Part shown: positions 7,301 through 13,758 of the stretch, piece by piece
Layout: each line of letters begins with the position of its first letter
How positions within the stretch are numbered: the stretch's first letter is position 1
Source of the DNA: Candidatus Electrothrix yaqonensis
GTDB lineage: Bacteria > Desulfobacterota > Desulfobulbia > Desulfobulbales > Desulfobulbaceae
Length of the DNA: 32,000 nucleotides
Direction of reading: 5' to 3'
Assembly: GCA_047651235.1 (NCBI GenBank)
Contig: CP178758.1
Coordinates: forward strand, 900,001 to 932,000
Position numbers and translations under genes: made by a program
Notes under the pieces: generated by a model
What the model saw: the letters and a program-made list of their open reading frames with translations, nothing else
What the model was told of the DNA's origin: nothing
The model's database searches: none

Positions 7301-8488
7301 TCATTTTTTATTCGGGGTTCTGATGTCAAACCTCGGTGCCTGCAGCATCCGACTGATCTGCGCCTTCAGGTCAGCCAGATCAGGATTGACGCTGTCCTGC
7401 TCGGCAATCAGGGCGCAGAGGCGTTCCTGTTCCACCGGATGGATATATTCCGGCGGCGTGCCGTCCTGCAGCTGGATATGGGCCGCCCAGGGGACAAAGT
7501 AGGTGGTGGCCGGGCAGTCTTGGTGTTCTGAGATATCCAGGTTCAATCCGGCAACGTACAGCAGATTTCTGCCCTTATATTCCGTGCCCCGGCGGATGGA
7601 TTCCACGGCCCGGGCGAACTCCAGCTGAATATTTATCTTGGCGGCCCGCAGCGGCGGATTTTTCGAGGTAACAATGATGGGCATAAATTCAATCAGATTG
7701 CGCTCCAGCAGGATAGAATCGTCGGTTTCATGAAAATCCTCCCGGAAATAAAATAGATCCTCAGTGAGATAATCACCGATGCTCTCTCCGGCCCCGCTCT
7801 TCCAGGTATATCCGGCCCCGTCAAGACGCCTGCGGAAGCTCTCGGATACCTCGTAGGTCTGACTGGTGCTGACCGCCCCGACCGGCTGAATATTGCCGTT
7901 TTCATCCGGCGTGACAATGCGTTCCAGATGCACGACTAGACCGTTCACAACCGGATGGGAGGCAAAATCGATAAGGGAATTTTTTACCGTGATCAGATGG
8001 CGGCCCCGGTCGTCCCGATGCAGGAATATCCGCTGCCTGGCAAACTCATACTGCTTCAGATACGGCGTGATCACATGGGTTATTTTTCCGCAGGACGGCG
8101 TGATGCAGATGCCGTCCCTCTTGGGCCGGGTGCAGGTGCCGTAGATATCGGTCCGGGGATCATAGCCCACATGGCTTGCCTGGACAATCACGAAATCTTC
8201 CCCGTGATTGGCATGGGGACCGTGACGGTCAATGGCGACGATTCCTCCCACCTGCCCGTGGTCAAACGGAAAGGTATCAAAATGCTTGGTCAGCAGAATG
8301 ATGGGCCAGCCCTGATTTTCGTCCGAGCAGAAAGCTCTGGAGGGCATGATCCTGCCTTTGCGGAACCCCAAGGTCATACAGAGATTATAGAGCTTGGGCA
8401 CAAATTCAGCATAGGGAATTGCAAAGCCGTCTACCCTGAACGGAGCCAACCGGCGGATAATTTTTGACTGGAGATAAGTATGCTGCAT
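7301..8488 (-). CDS. Conserved hypothetical protein, possibly LCIB-like (beta-carbonic-anhydrase-related)
   Basis: 395 aa with an AAGGAA RBS. No P-loop and no TM helix. It has a C54-S-D, H106 (ASHVGYD), C133-G-K arrangement. The family assignment rests on recollection only. Confidence 0.6.
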   Translation of the reverse strand: MQHTYLQSKIIRRLAPFRVDGFAIPYAEFVPKLYNLCMTLGFRKGRIMPSRAFCSDENQGWPIILLTKHFDTFPFDHGQVGGIVAIDRHGPHANHGEDFVIVQASHVGYDPRTDIYGTCTRPKRDGICITPSCGKITHVITPYLKQYEFARQRIFLHRDDRGRHLITVKNSLIDFASHPVVNGLVVHLERIVTPDENGNIQPVGAVSTSQTYEVSESFRRRLDGAGYTWKSGAGESIGDYLTEDLFYFREDFHETDDSILLERNLIEFMPIIVTSKNPPLRAAKINIQLEFARAVESIRRGTEYKGRNLLYVAGLNLDISEHQDCPATTYFVPWAAHIQLQDGTPPEYIHPVEQERLCALIAEQDSVNPDLADLKAQISRMLQAPRFDIRTPNKK

Positions 8489-8536
8489 TTCCTTACTTTC
8501 TTTTTTCTTGGAAACAGAACGAGGAACTTACGGAAC

Positions 8537-8562
8537 GAAACATTCTAAAAAAATCAACTCAA
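8537..8562 (-). terminator. Candidate rho-independent terminator after the Q-component gene
   Basis: The minus strand reads CTCAAC aga GTTGAG followed by TTGATTTTTTT. A second hairpin, TGCATCA-N8-TGATGCA, lies just upstream. Confidence 0.45.
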
Positions 8563-8633
8563 CTCTGTTGAGAGTAGCATCATCTTTTTCTGATGCACAG
8601 AGAAAAAGGGGCGTCAGACAGAACATTTCAACT

Positions 8634-9383
8634 TCAAACCACCTCAATCACCATCAGCCCCGCTCCGGCCACCAGCAACCCGACCAGCAGCAGCACATCC
8701 CGCTGCTGCATCTTTCCTGTTGTATACAAAGAGTGAAACTGGCCGGAAAACCCGCGCAGCTCCATTGCCTGCTGTACCCGTTCGGCCCGGTTCCAGCTCC
8801 GCACCAGCAGCATCCCCAACATGGAACTGTAGCTCCGATAGGTGTGCAGATTGGTCTGCGGCCGGAAGCAACGCAATTCTGCGGCCCGCTGCAGGCGTTG
8901 CAGCTCCTCGTAGATCAGAGCTATGTAGCGGTAGGAAAACAGGAGGAGCAGGCAGATCTTCGGTGAAACCCGCAGAGTCTGCAGGGCATGACCAAGCTGA
9001 GCTGCACTGGACGTGGCAAGCAGGCTGATAAACACCAGCAGTACCGCATTGGATTTGATCGTGATCAGAATAGCCATGGAGAGTCCTGCGCGGCTCAGAT
9101 CGATGCCAGCAATCTCCAGCACGAGTCCGCCGTAGGTCAGAGGCAGAACCAGGAGGAGCAGGAGATTGAAGGTGTTGACGACAAGAATTCTGCGGAGAAC
9201 TATTTTCCAGGGCAGGCGGGCTGCGGCCACCAGAACAAGGGCGAGCAGCAGCCCGATAAGGGCGGTGCTGAGATTACGGCACAGGGCGATAATCAGACTG
9301 AGCAGCCCGGCGCTGATCAGCTTGCCGCGCGGGTCTGCCCGGTGCAGAAGTGAGGCCCCGCGACTGAACTGTTCAAAGGTCAT
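8634..9383 (-). CDS. cbiQ: ECF-type Ni/Co transporter transmembrane (T/Q) component, CbiQ/NikQ
   Basis: Polytopic protein. The N-terminal SLLHRADPRGKL and the C-terminal coupling-helix motif AMELRGF are typical of CbiQ/EcfT. ATG 9383 with an AGGAAG RBS is preferred over GTG 9398. Confidence 0.8.
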   Translation of the reverse strand: MTFEQFSRGASLLHRADPRGKLISAGLLSLIIALCRNLSTALIGLLLALVLVAAARLPWKIVLRRILVVNTFNLLLLLVLPLTYGGLVLEIAGIDLSRAGLSMAILITIKSNAVLLVFISLLATSSAAQLGHALQTLRVSPKICLLLLFSYRYIALIYEELQRLQRAAELRCFRPQTNLHTYRSYSSMLGMLLVRSWNRAERVQQAMELRGFSGQFHSLYTTGKMQQRDVLLLVGLLVAGAGLMVIEVV

Positions 9384-9431
9384 ACGGCTTCCTACCACAA
9401 CTGCACCGGCAGGTTCAACAGAAATAATTCA

Positions 9432-10199
9432 TTATTTATAGGCATCCAGGTAGGTCCAGAGCACAGCACCGAGCTCCACGCCCTTTTCGTTGCCTTCCGG
9501 ATCCTTGATGGTATAATCGGCCTCATTCAGCGCGGAAAAACCCCACCATCCCGGCTGGGGACAGGCAAAGGTAAATACGCCGTTTTCATCGGCCTTGACC
9601 ACCTGGGTGACATGATAGTCGCTGGGTGCGGTGAATTTCTTGTCCTTGTTATAGAGCTCCACTTCCACTTCCGCACCCGGAACCGGCTTGCTGTTCAACA
9701 GCACCTGACCGCTGAAGCTGTTGCCTGCATAGTTGCCGAAAGGACGGGTCAGGGGCACGATCTCCGTGGCAACGCCGATCGGCTTATCCCAGCCCTGGTC
9801 ATCACCGAAGGCGGCAATCATGGTTTTTGTGTAATGGATGATATGGAGATCTTCGGCCGGTTCCCAGTACGGGGTCGGCTCCATAACAAAGGTATACACG
9901 CCGGGACGCTTGATGGGTATTTCTGCTGTCCAAGCAGTATGATCCATTACTTTGGCTTCCTTGAGAGCCGGAACCAGATTGGTCTTCTGTCCGCCTGCAA
10001 CCATGAAGAACTCTTTCGGTTTGGCCAGATCCATGCCGATGATCTCAAAGGGATGCGAAAAGGAGAGGTCCAGCTTGACGCTCTTCTTTTTCGGGGTGAG
10101 GATGTTGTCCGAGGGAATGATCATGCCGAAATGGGCAAAGGCTTCGCCGGTCAGGCAGGCAAGAAATACTGCGGCCAAGGAAACTGCACGAATCTTCAT
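9432..10199 (-). CDS. Periplasmic DUF4198-type protein (NikK-like auxiliary component of Ni/Co uptake)
   Basis: Signal peptide ending GEAFA, followed by HFGMIIPS. Beta-rich 255 aa protein with a PQPGWWGF motif. AGGAG RBS. It lies between the M/L-like and Q components. Confidence 0.65.
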   Translation of the reverse strand: MKIRAVSLAAVFLACLTGEAFAHFGMIIPSDNILTPKKKSVKLDLSFSHPFEIIGMDLAKPKEFFMVAGGQKTNLVPALKEAKVMDHTAWTAEIPIKRPGVYTFVMEPTPYWEPAEDLHIIHYTKTMIAAFGDDQGWDKPIGVATEIVPLTRPFGNYAGNSFSGQVLLNSKPVPGAEVEVELYNKDKKFTAPSDYHVTQVVKADENGVFTFACPQPGWWGFSALNEADYTIKDPEGNEKGVELGAVLWTYLDAYK

Positions 10200-10296
10200 C
10201 TTGTGTTACTCCTTTTTTTAGAGGGATAAAAACGAACTGCTCCCCGGCACATCCGGAAGAGCACATCATACACATACACGGAACAGAGAGCAGCGC

Positions 10297-10947
10297 TCAG
10301 GTCTGCCCTGCTTTTTGCTTTTTTCTGGAACGCAGCCAGGCAAACAGCCCGGCCAGCCCGATGATGCAGCCGATGCCGCCGAGAATATCCTGCGGAGCGA
10401 TTTTTCTTTGCTGCTCTTCTGCCAAGGCCTGGCGGACAGGAGCCAGCTGCCGGTTTACTTCCTCACGCACAATACGGCGTATCTGCGCTTCATCCGGGCC
10501 TGCGGTTACCGGCTGTGTCCTGCCGCCGGATCCTGCAGTAGAAGATTTCGCAGGATGGTCTGCTGCAGCCGAGGAGGCAACAAGGTACTCCTCGGCTGCT
10601 AGCGGCCATTCGGCACGATGTCCGTCCCCAGCATCGGCAATGATCAGCAGGTCAGGCTGCTTTTCCACTGTCTGTGCAGGCGGAGAAAACTGAAACTTGC
10701 CCTGTCCGTCCGTGCGGGTTGTCAGCAGGACGGCTCCTGACGCGGCATCCTCTACCGTGACTGTAATGTTTTTAGCGCCCCGTCCGCCGCTGAATTTAGC
10801 TTCGCCGTAGATTAGCTGGTCTTCTGCCCAGGCGAAAACATTCATTTTATGGGCCGAAGCCAGCAGCGGTGCCAGCAGGAGCACCAGCAGAATAGCGGGC
10901 CGGAAGATTGTCAGAATGCGCAGGTTCATGCGTACTTCTTCATGCAT
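10297..10947 (-). CDS. NikL-like auxiliary membrane protein: signal peptide, beta-sandwich-like domain, low-complexity linker and C-terminal TM anchor
   Basis: Sequence LLASA then HKMNVFAWAEDQLIYGEAKF...TRTDGQGKFQF, with a C-terminal TM helix ILGGIGCIIGLAGLFAWL. The start is ambiguous: ATG 10947 overlaps the cbiM stop by 8 nt, and ATG 10929 is the alternative (MNLRIL...). Confidence 0.55.
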   Translation of the reverse strand: MHEEVRMNLRILTIFRPAILLVLLLAPLLASAHKMNVFAWAEDQLIYGEAKFSGGRGAKNITVTVEDAASGAVLLTTRTDGQGKFQFSPPAQTVEKQPDLLIIADAGDGHRAEWPLAAEEYLVASSAAADHPAKSSTAGSGGRTQPVTAGPDEAQIRRIVREEVNRQLAPVRQALAEEQQRKIAPQDILGGIGCIIGLAGLFAWLRSRKKQKAGQT

Positions 10948-11542
10948 ATTTCAGATGGAGAATTTCCGGCTGTACCCTGGCAATGAAGCTGACCGTGAAC
11001 ATGGTGACACAGCCTTCAATGACCATAACAGGAAGATTGGCCGCAATAATGAGTTTGGCCGCCGCCAAGAAGCCGGTATCTGACAGGGCAAGAGCCGAGG
11101 CCGTGAGCAGTGAGGCCAGCAGGATGGCCAGCGCCCCTGCGCTAAAGGCGGCTGCAGGTCTTGTTTTCGGATCATCCAGCCAAGGGCGGGCCAGATAAAA
11201 ACAGCAGACCGCCGGAATGGACATGGTTGCCGTGTTCACTCCGAGGACAGTCAGGCCGCCGAACTGAAAGAAAAGCGCCTGCAGAAACAGGCCGGTCAGA
11301 ATGGCCGGGAACGCAGCCCAGCCCAACATGATGCCGAGCAGACCGATGAGCATCAGATGCGCTGATCCCGGCCCGATGGGCACATGCACAAGTCCGGCAA
11401 CGAAAAAGGCCGAGGAGAGCATGGCAGCGGGCATGATCTCCTCCGGATCAATCTTCTTCAGCCCGATATATGTGCCGATTGCGCTGATTACCCCGCCGCT
11501 GAGCAGGACTGGTGCAGCCAGAACTCCTTCTGAAATATGCAT
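10940..11542 (-). CDS. cbiM: ECF-type Ni/Co transporter substrate-capture (S/M) component, CbiM/NikM
   Basis: N-terminal MHISEGVL, the metal-binding Met-His N-terminus characteristic of CbiM/NikM. 200 aa, polytopic. Confidence 0.85.
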   Translation of the reverse strand: MHISEGVLAAPVLLSGGVISAIGTYIGLKKIDPEEIMPAAMLSSAFFVAGLVHVPIGPGSAHLMLIGLLGIMLGWAAFPAILTGLFLQALFFQFGGLTVLGVNTATMSIPAVCCFYLARPWLDDPKTRPAAAFSAGALAILLASLLTASALALSDTGFLAAAKLIIAANLPVMVIEGCVTMFTVSFIARVQPEILHLKYA

Positions 11543-11575
11543 AGCAGGTAATATTTTTTTGTTGTTTGTAATACT

Positions 11576-11613
11576 GCCTTCTGCTCTATAGTATAAAGCA
11601 GAAGGCTTGTCAA
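11576..11613 (-). promoter_or_regulatory. Candidate promoter (TTGACA, 17 nt, TATAGA) overlapped by a perfect palindrome GCCTTCTGCT-N11-AGCAGAAGGC (11576-11606)
   Basis: Read directly from the sequence. On the plus strand the -35 is at 11608-11613 and the -10 at 11585-11590. The palindrome spans the spacer, the -10 and the likely transcription start, 34-66 nt upstream of cbiM ATG 11542. Confidence 0.45.
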
Positions 11614-12007
11614 GCAGTCCGGCAGGAAAAAATACAAATCAGCAGATCAGGCTGCCGGAGCTGCGGACTGCGGCGGCGTTCTGTTACCCGGCTGAACCGG
11701 CAGAAATATTCCGCCAGACAAGCGGATTTTCCGGGTTGGGAGAAAGCGGAGAAAGGAAAGCAGTGTTTTGTTTTCAGGAGACTTTTTTTCTTCTTTTACA
11801 GTAAAAGCCAAAGAGGAAAACTGCACAGCGGAATCAATGTATTTTTCTTGGGCAAATCATGCAAAAAAAAATATTGACACCAAAAATATTAAGGGTATCT
11901 TTGCCCAAGTCAGTATATATCAGTTGTATGCAAGGAAGCGTGAAGTTATTTTTCGTTATCTTTATAAAATGGCTCTGCACTGAAGAGCCGCTACCAAGGA
12001 GAAAGAT

Positions 12008-12193
12008 ATGTTTGAAGTAGTTGTTGATAAAGAAAAATGTGTCGGTTGCGAAGAGTGTGTCGGTTCCTGCCCGGCAGGCGTATTTGAGATGGTTGACGGC
12101 AAGTCTGATCCGGTGAACGAAGATGAATGTCTGGGCTGTGAGACCTGCGTCGAAGTCTGTGAGGTAGAAGCCATCACCGTGACTGAATCCTGA
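12008..12193 (+). CDS. 2x[4Fe-4S] ferredoxin (61 aa)
   Basis: Motifs CVGCEECVGSCP and CLGCETCVEVCE. AAGGAG RBS. Confidence 0.9.
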   Translation: MFEVVVDKEKCVGCEECVGSCPAGVFEMVDGKSDPVNEDECLGCETCVEVCEVEAITVTES

Positions 12194-12216
12194 TCCACCA
12201 CCCGGTTACGAGTTCA

Positions 12217-12256
12217 GGGCAGCGGTCAGCCCGGCGCGCCGTTGCCCCTTCTTTCT
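12217..12256 (+). terminator. Candidate rho-independent terminator after the ferredoxin gene
   Basis: GGGCAGCGG, 13-nt loop, CCGTTGCCC (one mismatch), followed by TTCTTTCT. Confidence 0.45.
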
Positions 12257-12353
12257 GCCCTCCCTGCCGGATTTTCTTTTCCCCTTTGTTCACAGCAGAA
12301 TAACAGAATAGACTTTTTGTTCTTCAGCTCTGCAACCTCGACGGGCTGCAGAT

Positions 12354-12389
12354 AAAAAAAAGGCACAGAGCAGATGCCCTATGCCTTTT
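12354..12389. terminator. Possible bidirectional terminator between the convergent ferredoxin and Cys-repeat genes
   Basis: AAAAAAAAGGCA ... TGCCTTTT: an A-run, a stem and a T-run. The stem is short. Confidence 0.3.
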
Positions 12390-12443
12390 CCGGTTTCCCG
12401 GTCTCCGACGTGAGGTGGGGAGGGAATAAGTCTCCGCCTTACC

Positions 12444-13487
12444 TTACTGCTGGAAGCGCAGCCCTATGCCGAACCGTCCGTACTCCGAGATGCTGTCCAG
12501 TTCATCGACCGCATTGCGGGCTTCCAAGAAGACAGAAATGTTGAAGTCGTCCGGATCGCCGTACACACGGGCCCCGATATTGGCCAGAAAATCAATATCC
12601 GTGTCCTCCGAATCAGAGTCATCGTCTCCTGAGCTGATCCAGGTGCCGAGACCGATGCCCAGGAATCCGTCAAAGCTTTCAGACCAGTTGTACTGGGCAA
12701 AGAGATCGACCAGCAGGGCATCGTCGCCGTCAGAACCGCTCACTTTGGGCGCTGCACCGACTAAAGCCAGGAAAGAGACATCTTCCAGCGAAGTATCGGT
12801 AAAGGGGCTGTACTCAACACCGAGCCGGGCAAAGAGATAATCTGCCGGATCCGAGAGCCGCAGATAACCAAGATCTCCTATAAAACGGAGAGCCTTCGAC
12901 CCGCTACCCTCTCCGTCATCGGTGAAATCATCATCAGGAACAGGAGGTGCATCGGGATCAAGCAGACATTCTTCCGGGATACCCTGACATCCTTCCGGAC
13001 AGTCTTCAGCATCCTCAGCACCTGCTGCGCATGATTCCGGGCAGTCGGACGGAAATTTGTCGCAGATGTTGCATCCGAGTTCATCGCATACAGGCGGGCA
13101 GTCTTTCCCGTCCGGATTCTCAATGCATGCAACAGAACAGTCATCGCAGGTGTAACAGCTTATATCTCTGCAGATATCCGGGCAGGTTTCACCGAAAGGA
13201 TTTTTTTTGCAGGCAGCCGTGCAGTCACTGCAGGACTGACAGGCTACATCTCTGCAGATATCCGGACATCCCTTGCCGTAAGGATTTTTTTTGCATGCCT
13301 CCGAACACTCGTTACAGGATGCCTGACATTCCGGATCAGCGCAGATCGGCGGACAGCCCTTGGCATAAGGATTTTCCAGGCATTCATCTGAACAGTCGTC
13401 GCAGGTCAGCGCTCTGCCTCCGGCAGAGGCGATACCGGCTGACAGCAGGATAAAGACAGCCGTCTGTGCCAATACTTTCAGTTTCAT
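12444..13487 (-). CDS. Secreted Cys-rich repeat protein with an acidic linker and a C-terminal domain that looks like an 8-strand outer-membrane beta-barrel
   Basis: Signal peptide ending GIASA. Four 28-aa repeats of pattern C-x2-C-x3-C-x8-C-P-x2-C-x4-C-x2, containing NP(Y/F)GxxCP. The C-terminal ~150 aa have alternating hydrophobic strands and end GIGLRFQQ. ATG 13487 with a GGAGAG RBS at 8 nt is preferred over GTG 13496. Confidence 0.7.
   Translation of the reverse strand: MKLKVLAQTAVFILLSAGIASAGGRALTCDDCSDECLENPYAKGCPPICADPECQASCNECSEACKKNPYGKGCPDICRDVACQSCSDCTAACKKNPFGETCPDICRDISCYTCDDCSVACIENPDGKDCPPVCDELGCNICDKFPSDCPESCAAGAEDAEDCPEGCQGIPEECLLDPDAPPVPDDDFTDDGEGSGSKALRFIGDLGYLRLSDPADYLFARLGVEYSPFTDTSLEDVSFLALVGAAPKVSGSDGDDALLVDLFAQYNWSESFDGFLGIGLGTWISSGDDDSDSEDTDIDFLANIGARVYGDPDDFNISVFLEARNAVDELDSISEYGRFGIGLRFQQ
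12963..13403 (-). repeat. Coding tandem repeats with an ~84-bp period: 4 copies plus a divergent fifth Cys-rich unit
   Basis: The plus strand shows recurring gcagatatccgg(g/a)ca...aaggatttttttgca blocks. The protein repeats are CDDCSDECLENPYAKGCPPICADPECQAS, CNECSEACKKNPYGKGCPDICRDVACQS, CSDCTAACKKNPFGETCPDICRDISCYT and CDDCSVACIENPDGKDCPPVCDELGCNI. Confidence 0.85.
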
Positions 13488-13600
13488 GGTTTTCACTCTC
13501 CTTTTTCTCTGAAGTTCATCTCATTGCCCGCAGTCATCACCAGCGGGCCGTATTCTGTTTTAAACATTTCCGGGTGAACGGTAAAATTTTTTATACTCTT

Positions 13601-13629
13601 TTTATATAAGCTCTCTTGTCATCTGGCAA
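13601..13629 (-). promoter_or_regulatory. Candidate promoter for the Cys-repeat gene
   Basis: The minus strand reads TTGCCA, 17 nt, TATAAA, about 115 nt upstream of the start codon. Confidence 0.35.
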
Positions 13630-13758
13630 GATAAAAAAAGAGCAGGAAGGAAGACAGGAGGACAATTTTCTTCCACAGTACTTTGAGATATGCCTCGCCT
13701 GTGTAAAGCTTGTAAAAAAAAATCTGCTGTAGTCCTTCTTTGCCGGGAGCTCTTGATC

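Noticed and set aside
11543-11800. Possible cobalamin riboswitch in the leader of cbiM
   Set aside because: The minus strand has GGAAAATCCGC and several hairpins, but nothing matches the B12 box (AGYCMGGAGACCKGCC). The closest string, AGTCCGCAGCTCCGGCAGCC, is a poor fit. The best promoter lies only about 40 nt from the ATG, which would leave no room for a riboswitch. A covariance-model scan (Rfam RF00174) would settle it.
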